Origin: Dehalococcoidales bacterium
GTDB taxonomy: Bacteria > Chloroflexota > Dehalococcoidia > Dehalococcoidales > RBG-16-60-22
NCBI GenBank assembly: GCA_050018395.1
Contig: JBEKAC010000008.1
Location: 27,414-91,413 of the forward strand
DNA: 64,000 nt
Direction: 5' to 3'
In this document: one piece after another, positions 27,185-37,334 of the stretch
Layout: each line of letters starts with the position of its first letter
How positions within the stretch are numbered: position 1 is the stretch's first letter
Program-made: the position numbers and the translations under genes
Notes under the pieces: model-generated
The model's input: only the letters and a program-made list of their open reading frames with translations
The model's database searches: none
What the model was told of the DNA's origin: nothing

Positions 27185-27847
27185 CTATTCAAAATAAATA
27201 AACTCATAGTCGCCGGTATAGCCAAAATGGTTATAAATCCAGATCCATGCAGCCGTATCGAAGAACGCCTCGCATGTCAGCGCCCAGCATTGCAGATTGA
27301 ACAGCTCTTGCTCATTCCGGTAGCTTTCAACGGTGATGTATTGATTCTTGCCAACCCGTTCGATTTCACTCAAGGCTGTCTGTAACTCAAAGAGGCGCAG
27401 GTTATGCAGGCAGGTTAGTGAGATAACCAGGTCAAAATATTTATCGCCGAACGGATAAACATCCTGCGCCCGGTAGCGGAACAAATAGTCCCGTATCGGT
27501 TCGGGTGCATCGCTTAGCCCATGTTTGGAAATATCAAAGCCGCAAATCTCTGCCTGCGGCAGCAGTTTCTTCAATTCGTAGAGGAGGTGAGCCTTACCGC
27601 AACCCACGTCCAGAATCTTGGCATCGGGTTTAAGATGGTAAATCTCGATCAGCTTTTCGGCTACCACTTTCCATCGGCCGTCATATTTATAGCCGCCATA
27701 GCCGTAGCGCCGGTCGCCATCCCAGTAGTCAAACTCATATTCCTTGCCCTTAAGCATGCAGTGGACTTTATCGTCCGTCATCCGGGCGATGTAATCTCTC
27801 TTGATCCTTTTATGGAGAGGGGTGACGATATTTAATAACCTGCCCAC
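27185..27847 (-). CDS. class I SAM-dependent methyltransferase
   Basis: Motif I ILDVGCGKAHLLYEL, preceded by the conserved YWDGDRRYGYGGYKYDGRW block that I recall from glycan-cluster methyltransferases. Confidence 0.75.
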   Translation of the reverse strand: MGRLLNIVTPLHKRIKRDYIARMTDDKVHCMLKGKEYEFDYWDGDRRYGYGGYKYDGRWKVVAEKLIEIYHLKPDAKILDVGCGKAHLLYELKKLLPQAEICGFDISKHGLSDAPEPIRDYLFRYRAQDVYPFGDKYFDLVISLTCLHNLRLFELQTALSEIERVGKNQYITVESYRNEQELFNLQCWALTCEAFFDTAAWIWIYNHFGYTGDYEFIYFE

Positions 27848-27891
27848 GTAATTCCTCCTTAAACCTATGGCCAGCTTAACGCGGCCGGTGG

Positions 27892-28818
27892 CTATGCTCC
27901 CAGGGATTGCCTGACGGCGGTGACAATAGCGCCGGATGTAATGCCGTACCGCTCCATCAGGCTTGCCTGCGAGCCATATTTATCCGGGAAGATATCAGGT
28001 ATACCAATCCGTTTAAATCGTTTGGCGGGATTGAAACTCGCCTCGGCGATAATTTCAGCGACGGCGCTCCCCAGCCCTCCGGTAATCATGTGTTCCTCGA
28101 TGGTGACAATGGCTTTTACATCGGCTGCATAATCAAGGATGGCCTCTGTGTCCAGCGGTTTGATAGTGGGGACGTGCAGCACGGCGGCGCTGATTCCCTG
28201 CTCGTTCAAATCGTCCGATGCCTCCAGTGCGTTCTTCAGGGTGATGCCGGTGGTCACAATCAGTGCATCTTTCCCCTCCCGCATGGGAATTGCCTTACCG
28301 ATTTCAAAAGGCCGGCTACTATTTGTCACAATCGGATCGCCCCCTTTGGCCACCCTGATATAGATGGGACCCCGGTAATCTACCGTCAAGGGCATGAATC
28401 GGCGCATCTCTTCAGCATCAGCCGGAGCGACGATGGTCATGTTCGGCAGCACCCGGAGAATCGCCAGGTCTTCAATCATCTCATGCGTCGGTCCCAACGG
28501 CGCATATACCATCCCGCCGCCGTTACCGATTAACCGGACGTTGGCTTTATGCAAGCACAAATCCAGCACAATCTGGTCAAAGCAACGCCGTGTCAGGAAG
28601 GTGGCAATGGTATTGACGTAGACGATTTTTCCTTCCAGCGCCAACCCGGTAGCCATACCGATGATGTTGGCCTCGCTTACGCCTTCCATGAAAAACCGGT
28701 CCGGCATTTCTTCCTTAAATTGCCGCATGGTGCCGAATCCCAGGTCTGACCCGATGAAGAAGATCCGCTTGTTCTTCTTGGCGAGTTCGTAGACCATATC
28801 CAGGCACGTTCTCCGCAT
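27892..28818 (-). CDS. transketolase, C-terminal (pyrimidine-binding) subunit
   Basis: FFMEGVSEANIIGMATGLALEGKIVYVNTIATF. The size and pairing with the N-terminal subunit gene directly upstream fit a split transketolase. Confidence 0.85.
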   Translation of the reverse strand: MRRTCLDMVYELAKKNKRIFFIGSDLGFGTMRQFKEEMPDRFFMEGVSEANIIGMATGLALEGKIVYVNTIATFLTRRCFDQIVLDLCLHKANVRLIGNGGGMVYAPLGPTHEMIEDLAILRVLPNMTIVAPADAEEMRRFMPLTVDYRGPIYIRVAKGGDPIVTNSSRPFEIGKAIPMREGKDALIVTTGITLKNALEASDDLNEQGISAAVLHVPTIKPLDTEAILDYAADVKAIVTIEEHMITGGLGSAVAEIIAEASFNPAKRFKRIGIPDIFPDKYGSQASLMERYGITSGAIVTAVRQSLGA

Positions 28819-28821
28819 CGG

Positions 28822-29682
28822 TTAGTTTCCTCCTAATGCGGCCAGGAGTGATTTAATCTCCTCATCCGTGACATTGCTCTTGTGATGCCAGTTTAGGTTA
28901 TTCTCGACAAATCCGACACCTTTACCCTTCACGGTATGGCAGATGATGGCGCTCGGTTTATCAGGCTCGAGCGGCAGGGCGGAAAGAACGGATTTTAATT
29001 CAGCGATATTATGACCATCGACTTCAGTCGTGGCCCAGCCGAAGGCTTGCCACTTCGCGGCAAACGGCTCCATGTTTTGAACTGCGGCAGTCGTATCATA
29101 TGATTGCTGCTTGTTGTAGTCTACCAGCACGGTCAAATTGCTTAAATGGTGCTTGCCGGCGGACATAGCTGCCTCCCAGACGGAGCCTTCGTTAGACTCA
29201 CCATCGCCGATGATAACGAAAATACGGTGACCGGCTTTCTCATATTTGGCGTTAAGCGCAAACCCGACACCAATGGGCAAACCGTGACCTAGGCTGCCGG
29301 TCGAGGCTTCGATACCGGGTACCTTGCCGTATTCAGGGTGTCCGCCCAGGATACCGTCGCTTTTACAGAACTTCTGCAGCTCGGAACGGGGAAAAAAGCC
29401 CTTTTCAGCCAGGAGTACATAGAGAGCAAGGCAGCCATGGCCTTTGCTCAAGATAAATCTGTCCCGCTGCTCCCATTTCGGATTCTTCGGGTCGTAACGC
29501 AGAATATCGTCGTAGAGGACTCTTAATATCTCCACCAGTGAAAAAGCCGCGCCGACATGCCCCCTCCTCCCCGCTGCCAATGTCTCAATAATTGTCCGGC
29601 GCAGGTCTTTAGACCTGGCATCCAGGCTGGGCGAACGTTGTCCCGAACGTTTAGGTATGATAGGGGAAGTGTCCATATTCAT
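28822..29682 (-). CDS. transketolase, N-terminal (ThDP-binding) subunit
   Basis: GHVGAAFSLVEIL, SKGHGCLALY, and GDGESNEGSVWEA (the ThDP GDG-x-NEG motif). Confidence 0.85.
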   Translation of the reverse strand: MNMDTSPIIPKRSGQRSPSLDARSKDLRRTIIETLAAGRRGHVGAAFSLVEILRVLYDDILRYDPKNPKWEQRDRFILSKGHGCLALYVLLAEKGFFPRSELQKFCKSDGILGGHPEYGKVPGIEASTGSLGHGLPIGVGFALNAKYEKAGHRIFVIIGDGESNEGSVWEAAMSAGKHHLSNLTVLVDYNKQQSYDTTAAVQNMEPFAAKWQAFGWATTEVDGHNIAELKSVLSALPLEPDKPSAIICHTVKGKGVGFVENNLNWHHKSNVTDEEIKSLLAALGGN

Positions 29683-30721
29683 TCATGACCGTAGCTAACA
29701 TCCGCCTGGACTTGACTAACTGTGCGGTTTGCAATTTATCTTTATCGATTGTTTGTTTTACCGCAAAACCGCGCCTCATCAGAAACTCGGGTACGAATTC
29801 GTTGAGCAATATAAGGCACCACTTGAGTCCAAATAGAGGATAAGCAATTCCCACTCTCTTGTCAAGGAATCGGATATCTTTAAAGTGCGTTAAAATACCT
29901 GCCAGGAACCTTTGTTTCAAGGTCTCACCCAGTTCCATGCCGGGGTGAAGCAGGAAATCAGCTGTCATCTTGGCCGGGTCATCCCACCCGAAATATTCAA
30001 AGTCGAGAAAGACAATATCGCCACCGGGACGTTTCAAAGCGTTATGAAACCCGAAGTCCGATGGGCTAAGAGTCCTTTCATTAAAGGGAAGCTCGGTGTC
30101 ATAGGACATGCCTGTATCGTGAAGATTATCCTTGCACCAATCTGTAATCTCCTTAAAAGAGGGGACAAAGTCGTTTTTCAGAAACGCGCTAAGCTCTCGA
30201 TAAGGTGCTTCCATATTCTGGAGGGTCAATAACCTGTCAAGCCGCCGTGAGACACTATCGACCACTTCCCGAGTCGTAAAATAGGCTTCCGCCGCCATCG
30301 ACAAAGAGCGGCTGTTTTCTATCAAACTAAGCTGCCGTAATTTTCCCAGGAAATCAACGGAACGGTCAATATCAGCGTCGGTGATTTTTGCGGATGGTAT
30401 TTTCCGGCCGCTGATATATTCGTAAATCGCCATGCCGCCTGACCTGTTCGCCGCTATCGGCCTGGGTATGCATCTAATACCGTTCTCCCAGAGAAAGTGC
30501 AGGCCGGAAAACTCGGCCTCCAGGCGGTCCCGGTCTTCTGAACTGTGGCGGAAATATAGTTTGGCGGTATAAACACCGGCACCCTCACAGGTCAAACGAT
30601 ATACTTGGCTATTGCGCCCGCCGCTTATCCTTCTCATTGAAGCGACACTTTGGCCTAGCAGCCTGGACAATTCCAGCTTCAGGGCTGCGGGACGCACGTT
30701 AGTCTTTTGTGCCGAATACAT
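29651..30721 (-). CDS. APH/choline-kinase family phosphotransferase
   Basis: Kinase-fold catalytic loop LSPSDFGFHNAL and metal-binding FLDFEYFGWDDP. Confidence 0.7.
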   Translation of the reverse strand: MYSAQKTNVRPAALKLELSRLLGQSVASMRRISGGRNSQVYRLTCEGAGVYTAKLYFRHSSEDRDRLEAEFSGLHFLWENGIRCIPRPIAANRSGGMAIYEYISGRKIPSAKITDADIDRSVDFLGKLRQLSLIENSRSLSMAAEAYFTTREVVDSVSRRLDRLLTLQNMEAPYRELSAFLKNDFVPSFKEITDWCKDNLHDTGMSYDTELPFNERTLSPSDFGFHNALKRPGGDIVFLDFEYFGWDDPAKMTADFLLHPGMELGETLKQRFLAGILTHFKDIRFLDKRVGIAYPLFGLKWCLILLNEFVPEFLMRRGFAVKQTIDKDKLQTAQLVKSRRMLATVMNEYGHFPYHT

Positions 30722-31406
30722 CGTCGCTTATATCCTTCCAGGCAGCAAAAACCCTGGCGTTACTTAAGCTTGAACGGGGCGGATGCGGCGAGTAGAGAAT
30801 CCTCTCGACGTTATCCGGAAACGAATCCTCCAGGAAAGTTTCTTCCAGGTCATCGATGAAGTGGGTGCATCTTCGCTGCCTGATTTGGTCGATCTTTTCC
30901 TGCCGCGTCGATGCAAAATATACGTCCCTTGGAGATAGCCCCAGCCCTTGAGCCTTGAAAAAATCGTGCTCCCGCATCCAGTCCATTGCTGCTGTGCGCA
31001 GGTTGGTACCGGTCTCATCATAAGCGGCGTATTCGGTTTTATGGCTGATGATGTACACTGGTGCCTGGTGCATTTTACAGAGTTTAAAAAAGGCGGTGGC
31101 ACCTTCGGCAAGCGTAGCCTCTTTCATTCTCGGCCCGTAGAGGATGGCCTGCAGCCGCTGCCAATCTATCTCGCCGTCTGGTAACTGGCGAATCACGTCA
31201 CGGATAGTTTTCTTGTTTTTCCTGACATTTTTCCGGATTAGACCTCGCTCTATGGCCACGGCATGTAAAAGCTCATCATAATTGACGAGTGTATTATCGA
31301 AATCGACGCCGATTATTTTGCCCATATTGTTCGGGGCTTGGCCTTTTAATGACTTCATTATAGGGTTGGGGATTTTATCTGCCCGGTAAGTTGCTGCAGA
31401 TAGCAC
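30699..31406 (-). CDS. HAD-superfamily hydrolase/phosphatase
   Basis: Motif I IIGVDFDNTL, with a later FIDD motif. The real start is probably an internal Met (31358 or 31325). Confidence 0.65.
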   Translation of the reverse strand: MLSAATYRADKIPNPIMKSLKGQAPNNMGKIIGVDFDNTLVNYDELLHAVAIERGLIRKNVRKNKKTIRDVIRQLPDGEIDWQRLQAILYGPRMKEATLAEGATAFFKLCKMHQAPVYIISHKTEYAAYDETGTNLRTAAMDWMREHDFFKAQGLGLSPRDVYFASTRQEKIDQIRQRRCTHFIDDLEETFLEDSFPDNVERILYSPHPPRSSLSNARVFAAWKDISDDVFGTKD

Positions 31407-31619
31407 AGGGTTCGCTCCTGGCGGTTGTGGCAGGCCTGCGGCTTACAGGTATATTGGCTGCCTCAATCCCTCGTTTCTGCCTTATGTAATTTTAACACGT
31501 TCCCTGAGCCTTTTGCACATTCTGCGGATTGTTTTTAACGTATACGTCAGGATATCATTAGTGTTTCATCAAAATAGGTTGCTCGGTGATACTGCGGCAA
31601 AGAAAAAGGCTATTCAGCC

Positions 31620-33098
31620 CTATAAAAGGTGGGTGTATTTTTGGAGAAACGCCCGCCCGATGCGGTCGGCGCTGGTGCCGAACTGATTGGTGAAAGGCAG
31701 CTTGAGACTCTTGAACCGCTTCTGGAGTTCCTCGTCTTCGGCGGAATAAACTATCTTGCCTTCCAGCCGCTCCATTATCTCCAGTACCACGTCATTGATT
31801 TCTTCCGGCGTATTGTCCACGAGCCTGACCCCTGTTGACGATATGTATTTGAGGGATTCAGCCAGCTCTACCCGTGATGCGCAGGCTTCACTAAAGGTCA
31901 TGAGCCGGTTCTCTTTTTCAGACCGGTATAGTTTGTAAATACTGATATTCTGATAAGGCATGGACAGCGCCATGGGAAACGAGTTGATCATCACACAGGG
32001 GACGCCGAAGGTAGACGGCACCAGGTAGGGTCCCGACTGTGTTCCGATGAAGAAGCGGCAGCGTGCCCAGAGGAAGACATCCATCGAATCGCAACGGGCT
32101 TCGCTGTGGGCATAGTCTATTACCCGCGGCATAGTCGCCAAAGGGGGCATAGACGGATTACCCATGCGGATAACCCAGCCACCGCGCGCTGTTATGGACT
32201 CTATCGCCATCCGGTAGGTATCGATATCCGAGTCCCGGGCGTTTTTGGAGGCGGTAGCGCGAACGTGCAAGCCTACGAACCAGTCGCCTTCTTTCATGCC
32301 GAAACGCTTTAGGCATTCCCAGCCCCATTCGTGGTCGGAATCCTTCAGGGTAAGGAGCGGCCCCCTGCCTTCCTTTTCCCACTGCTGCTGGACTTCCAGG
32401 ATGGCGGCAAGGTAATTTAGCCTCCGTCCGTCCGCGAAAGTGATCACCCGCAGGTGGTCTTCGAGGCGCGTAGCCAGCGGGGTCAGCAACTTCACTCCTA
32501 CCGGGTCTGTAATCATATATGGCAGGTATTGCCGCCAGTAGTCCAGGTAGCACCTGTTGGCCGGTTTATCGTCCAGCACGATAGGGCGAAATTGATTTCG
32601 CCAGCCGAGGATACCCATTTTTACATAAATATCTAGGAGAGCCATGTGGCCGATGGCGTAAGTCCATTCGCGCAGGAAGCGGATACCGAGCTTGTCCAGT
32701 TGATGCTTCCGGGCAAATTCATCTTGCGCCTCTGCCCCCATGCGTAGCGCACTTATCATCGTATCCCACTGCCCCCGGTGCAGGAGGGCAACAGATTGTT
32801 TAAACAACTCCGGATACCTGTCATCCGTTTGGAGCGATATAGCTTTCTTCCAGAGGGTAAGGCCTTCTTCAAAACGGTTGAGGCTGAATAACGTGCTGCC
32901 TAATCTTTCATAAGCCTTGGCCGAATCCGGTTTGAAGGCAACTGCCAGTGTGTTGATAAAATAGGCAAACAGAATACCCACTTTACTATCGGAAATTTTA
33001 CTCCCCAGCCATTGAGGAAATGCGCTTATTTTTCGCCACAGCACTGGCAGGCCGCCGGAGTGAATTTGCTTGATTTGTTGGTGTACGAAACTCATCAT
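31620..33098 (-). CDS. TPR-like N-terminal domain plus conserved C-terminal domain, putative glycosyltransferase (paralog A)
   Basis: Shares with paralog B the blocks WFVGLHVR, TYRMAIESI.ARGGWV.RMG.PSM.PL, VIDYAHSEAR.D.MDVFLWARC.FFIG.QSGP, and TFGVPCV. Calling it a glycosyltransferase is a tentative recollection, not shown by the sequence. Confidence 0.45.
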   Translation of the reverse strand: MMSFVHQQIKQIHSGGLPVLWRKISAFPQWLGSKISDSKVGILFAYFINTLAVAFKPDSAKAYERLGSTLFSLNRFEEGLTLWKKAISLQTDDRYPELFKQSVALLHRGQWDTMISALRMGAEAQDEFARKHQLDKLGIRFLREWTYAIGHMALLDIYVKMGILGWRNQFRPIVLDDKPANRCYLDYWRQYLPYMITDPVGVKLLTPLATRLEDHLRVITFADGRRLNYLAAILEVQQQWEKEGRGPLLTLKDSDHEWGWECLKRFGMKEGDWFVGLHVRATASKNARDSDIDTYRMAIESITARGGWVIRMGNPSMPPLATMPRVIDYAHSEARCDSMDVFLWARCRFFIGTQSGPYLVPSTFGVPCVMINSFPMALSMPYQNISIYKLYRSEKENRLMTFSEACASRVELAESLKYISSTGVRLVDNTPEEINDVVLEIMERLEGKIVYSAEDEELQKRFKSLKLPFTNQFGTSADRIGRAFLQKYTHLL

Positions 33099-33146
33099 GA
33101 CCTTAATAAAAAGTTAAGAATATTGCCTTTATTGTGCTCCGGCGGT

Positions 33147-34631
33147 TCAAATAAGATAAGACCATTTACGCAAAAAGTCCCGTCCTGCCCGCGTATTGGC
33201 ATTTTTAGAACTGCTGACGCTTGCCCGGCTAAACCGCTCCTTGAGTTCTTCATCTTCTTTTGAGTACTTTATCGTTCCGTCCAGTCGGTCCATCATTTCT
33301 ACGACCACATCGTTTATTTCCTCCGGGGTATTATCGACGAGCTTAATCCCCCTCGATGCCAGGTATGCCCCGGATTCTGTCGTTGCCAGCGCCGAGGAGC
33401 TTACTTCAGAAAATTTCAAATACCGCGCCTCCGCCTCCAACCAGTGAAGTTTATAAATGTAAAGATCCTGGGTGAACCACTGGCGTAACCCGATGGAAGA
33501 CCAGTTTGTTGCCACGCACGGGACACCGAATGTAGGCGGTATCATCAGCGGCCCGGATTGAACTCCGATAAAGAAGCTGCAGCGTGCCCAGAGGAAGACA
33601 TCCATCCAATCACGGCGGGCTTCGCTGTGGGCATAGTCTATTACGTGCTTCATAGGCGGCAGTGGTTCCATGGACGGGTCGCCCATACGGAAAACCCAGC
33701 CGCCCCTTGCGACTATCGACTCGATCGCCATGCGGTAAGTGGCGATATCGGCATTACGGGCGCTCCGTGCTTTCTCCCTTCCACCTCTGACATGCAGCCC
33801 TACAAACCAGACATCGGCCGGGACGCCGAGGCTCTGCAAACACTCCTGCCCGCGTTTCAGATCCGCATCTGTCAAGGTGAGCAGGGGGCCGCGGCCTTCT
33901 GCATCCCATTGCTCCTGGATAGTCACTTCCCTGGAGTAAGGATCATAAACCTGGCTGCCGGAAGAATCCTTGACCGCAGAAATATAGTCTTCAAGGTATT
34001 TTGTGATAGGCTCCAGCAGGCCGATGGCCACCGGGTCTGAAATCATATCGGGTAGGTAGCGCCGCCAGTAGTCCAGGTAACTGGGATTAGCTAACCTGTG
34101 ACTTACCAGCAGAATGGGGTGGGCAGGCGAGCGCTGGCCTAAGATATCCATTTTTACATAAAAATCCAGGAGGCCGGTATGGCCGATAAAACTCGGGTAC
34201 TCGCGTAACAGCCGGATGCCCAGATTATCCAGCTGGTGGGCCCTGGCGAAGTCGTTTCGCATATCCAGGACCTTTTGCATAATGGCTTTTGCCGACTCGA
34301 ACTGACCGCATAAGTAAAAGGCGCTCTGAATCCGGTTGTGGCCTTGTGCCCAGTCGGGCTTAAGTTGGAACAACTTCTTCCAGACGGCAAACGCCTCATC
34401 GAAATGCCCTAATTCTATGAGTGTCTCGGCTAACAGTACCTGTGCTTCGGCAAAATCCGGTTTTAGCTTAGTGATTAGCTTGTAGATGCGAAGAGTAGTG
34501 CCCAGGCAGTATCTATTGACGAGCAGCCATCTCGGCAGGGCACAGACTTTACGCCATAATGCCGGTGGGCCGCCCTTGAAGAAATCTTTAATCTGTCGCC
34601 AAACAAAGTTCAAAATTACTTTGTTTTTCAT
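33147..34631 (-). CDS. TPR-like N-terminal domain plus conserved C-terminal domain, putative glycosyltransferase (paralog B)
   Basis: Tracked ORF 33147..34778, trimmed to MKNKVILNFVWRQIK... by alignment with the N-terminus of paralog A. The longer form would overlap the upstream SDR gene. Confidence 0.45.
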   Translation of the reverse strand: MKNKVILNFVWRQIKDFFKGGPPALWRKVCALPRWLLVNRYCLGTTLRIYKLITKLKPDFAEAQVLLAETLIELGHFDEAFAVWKKLFQLKPDWAQGHNRIQSAFYLCGQFESAKAIMQKVLDMRNDFARAHQLDNLGIRLLREYPSFIGHTGLLDFYVKMDILGQRSPAHPILLVSHRLANPSYLDYWRRYLPDMISDPVAIGLLEPITKYLEDYISAVKDSSGSQVYDPYSREVTIQEQWDAEGRGPLLTLTDADLKRGQECLQSLGVPADVWFVGLHVRGGREKARSARNADIATYRMAIESIVARGGWVFRMGDPSMEPLPPMKHVIDYAHSEARRDWMDVFLWARCSFFIGVQSGPLMIPPTFGVPCVATNWSSIGLRQWFTQDLYIYKLHWLEAEARYLKFSEVSSSALATTESGAYLASRGIKLVDNTPEEINDVVVEMMDRLDGTIKYSKEDEELKERFSRASVSSSKNANTRAGRDFLRKWSYLI

Positions 34632-34686
34632 CCATTTGTTTCCATCTTGGTAGGCTTTAAAAAATACCTCGTTTAGCCGCTCCGTG

Positions 34687-35688
34687 TTATTTAAGTTTTT
34701 TGGCCAGCATGGTCTTGATATTGTAATACTTGATGTCATCCATGGGGTTGGGAATCTTGCCGGCGGCAAAAGCATCACGCAGGTCTTTGATGGCTTCTTC
34801 TACAGTGTACTTTGGTTTTATGCCCAGTTCATGTTCGATCTTGGCGGAGGAGATATGGTATGACCGGTTATCGTCGGTCGGGGTGGTGACGATTTCCACT
34901 CCCTCTTTCCCGACTACATCGCGCACCATGTCTGCCAGTTCTGCAATTTGATGGTTTTCAAATCCGAAGTTAAATGTTTTACCGGCTATCTTTTTATCGG
35001 GCACCTCAAGGAGTTTGACATAAAGGTCGGTAATATCTTCGATATGCACGTTGGGGCGCTTTTGCTTACCGCCGAATACGGATATTTTCCCTGTGTTGAT
35101 TGCCAGGTTAGTCAGGATATTTACCGCCAGGTCCAGCCTTAGCCGTGGAGAGTAGCCGCACACTGTTGCCGGGCGGATGATTACCCACGTGAAAATTTTA
35201 GTAGATTCTTTCTGCAGCACTTCCTCACAGAGAGCCTTGTACTTGGAATAATCCGTCAGTGGCTCCAGTGGCAGGTCTTCCGTAACGTTTTCTACTTCCT
35301 TGATCCCGTAGACGCTGGAAGAAGAAGCGTAAATGAACCGCTTGACTTTATTTTTTTTAGACACCGCCACAAGGTCTAAAAAGGCATCATAATTGATGGA
35401 TTTGCCAAGTTGCGGATTCAGTTCAAAACTGGGGTCGTTGGAGATACAGGCAAGGTGTATTACGGCGTCCGTGCCCGGGATTACTTTTTCCAGAAGGGTC
35501 CTATCTCTGATGTCCCCTTTGATTTGTTCCAGGTTGGGATTACTTTTAACGGCATCAAGAACATTATCTCCGTATAAATAGAGGTCAAGGCACTTGACCT
35601 TATAGCCCTTATTCAGCAACTTGGGCACAAGGACAGACCCGACATAGCCGGCGCCGCCTGTAACCAGAACGCTTTTTATAGGCTTCAT
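34687..35688 (-). CDS. NAD-dependent sugar-nucleotide epimerase/dehydratase (extended SDR)
   Basis: VTGGAGYVGS Rossmann motif and the YSKYK (YxxxK) catalytic motif. Confidence 0.8.
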   Translation of the reverse strand: MKPIKSVLVTGGAGYVGSVLVPKLLNKGYKVKCLDLYLYGDNVLDAVKSNPNLEQIKGDIRDRTLLEKVIPGTDAVIHLACISNDPSFELNPQLGKSINYDAFLDLVAVSKKNKVKRFIYASSSSVYGIKEVENVTEDLPLEPLTDYSKYKALCEEVLQKESTKIFTWVIIRPATVCGYSPRLRLDLAVNILTNLAINTGKISVFGGKQKRPNVHIEDITDLYVKLLEVPDKKIAGKTFNFGFENHQIAELADMVRDVVGKEGVEIVTTPTDDNRSYHISSAKIEHELGIKPKYTVEEAIKDLRDAFAAGKIPNPMDDIKYYNIKTMLAKKLK

Positions 35689-35720
35689 ACTTTGCTCCTC
35701 GGAATATAGTAGCCTGCTAT

Positions 35721-37247
35721 CTATTTCATTAGAGAAACGATGTACTTATATAACGAAGCACGCTCGATCGGGGTCTTGTTGCCGACGGTCATTACCGCCT
35801 CGGCGCCTACTACGTTTCCGACGAAGACAACCACTTCCATAGGCACTTTCTTGGCGACGCATAAGGCTGTAATTGAGAGTACTGCGTCCCCCGCTCCTAC
35901 CCTGTCTACGGTCCGCTGCACGAATGCCGGAATCTGGAAGAAACCGGTTTTTTGGCTATAGCCCATGGAGCCGTTTTTACCGCTGGTAACGATGATTTTA
36001 TCACACTTAAGCTCCCTGGAAAGCTGGAGCATGATATCCCGCACGTCATCTTTCTGGTTGCGGAACTCCAGCCGGATTTCATGTTCCGCCACGCTGACAA
36101 AATCAGCGCGGGGGTATTTTAATATGGTATTAAATCCGCGGTTGCCCGCGTTAGCCTGCGTATTCACCGCCAGGAAACGCGCTTCATTACAGATAATTTC
36201 AATAGCTTCTTTAGAAATCATGCCGTGCCCATAGTCCGCCACGATGACTACATCATACTGCGGGAGAACCTGATGCAGCTTGCGGCATAATGACTTGTTT
36301 TCTTTCTGGCTGATCTCTTCTCCGTTCATCACATATACTTCGAACAGCTTCGTTAAAGAGTAGTTCTCGATAAAACGGCGTTTGACAATGGTCGGCGACT
36401 TGTCTTTATACAGGAACATGTTTTCCACATTAACCTTCATGCGTTCGCGGACAAAATCTTCCTGGGAATCTTCTGTGCCCAGAAAGGTAAGCAAACCGGC
36501 ATGGTCACAAAAATTAGCCACATTGTTACAGATGGCCAGGCTCCCGCCCGCATACTTCTCCGAGAAAACAAGCTGAGCTGCCAGTACCGGTTCTTTTGTT
36601 GATTTACCGATGACATCACAATAATGATAGTCATCGATAATCGTTTCCCCTATAACCAGCACTTTAAGGGAACGGATACTATCCAGGTATTGCACGACTT
36701 TTTCCGCTGAATACCTTTTGGTAAAGTCCACCAGAAAATCGCTGACGTCTTTCGTAAAAGGCGTTATGTATTTATTGATGAGGCTGGAAGAACTAAAGGT
36801 AATATCATCGGTGAGCGCCAGCTCTCCGCCGATAGACCGGACGGCAGCCTCTTCATCAATGATTTTCCCGGTAAAATCTTTACTGGCATCCTTATAATCT
36901 GAACCTTTAGCATAAAAATCCGGTTTTAAAAGTTTTATCGTTTCTACGGAAGTGGGCCAGTTATTAATAGCTACGTAATTAACACAGTCAAGGGCGGCAA
37001 TGGATTCAGCTCGTAGGTCTTCAGAAAACGCTGGGCGGTGCGGTCCCTTGTTGACAAACCTGTCCGGGGTTAAAGTAACCACCAGGATATCGCCGAGTTT
37101 CCTGGCCTGTTCAAAGTGACGGATATGACCGATATGCAGCAGGTCAAAAACCCCGTGGCAGAGGACAATCTTCTTTTTCTTAGCTCTTAATGCATCAAGG
37201 GTTTTTGCCAGTTCTTCAAGATTTTTTATCTTGGAGCTCTTTTCCAT
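35721..37247 (-). CDS. bifunctional nucleotidyltransferase (N-terminal) and PfkB sugar kinase (C-terminal), HldE-like with reversed domain order
   Basis: N-terminus: VLCHGVFDLLHIGHIRHFEQARKLGD (the HxGH cytidylyltransferase-like fold). C-terminus: PfkB kinase with VGAGDAVLS. It sits in an operon with gmhA and gmhB. Confidence 0.75.
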   Translation of the reverse strand: MEKSSKIKNLEELAKTLDALRAKKKKIVLCHGVFDLLHIGHIRHFEQARKLGDILVVTLTPDRFVNKGPHRPAFSEDLRAESIAALDCVNYVAINNWPTSVETIKLLKPDFYAKGSDYKDASKDFTGKIIDEEAAVRSIGGELALTDDITFSSSSLINKYITPFTKDVSDFLVDFTKRYSAEKVVQYLDSIRSLKVLVIGETIIDDYHYCDVIGKSTKEPVLAAQLVFSEKYAGGSLAICNNVANFCDHAGLLTFLGTEDSQEDFVRERMKVNVENMFLYKDKSPTIVKRRFIENYSLTKLFEVYVMNGEEISQKENKSLCRKLHQVLPQYDVVIVADYGHGMISKEAIEIICNEARFLAVNTQANAGNRGFNTILKYPRADFVSVAEHEIRLEFRNQKDDVRDIMLQLSRELKCDKIIVTSGKNGSMGYSQKTGFFQIPAFVQRTVDRVGAGDAVLSITALCVAKKVPMEVVVFVGNVVGAEAVMTVGNKTPIERASLYKYIVSLMK

Positions 37248-37334
37248 GGCATCACCTCGGTATTAATTCTTTTCCCGGCTGCCCGAGCGTATCACGCGGG
37301 AATACTCAAGCAGGTTTCTTAACTCTTTTTTACG

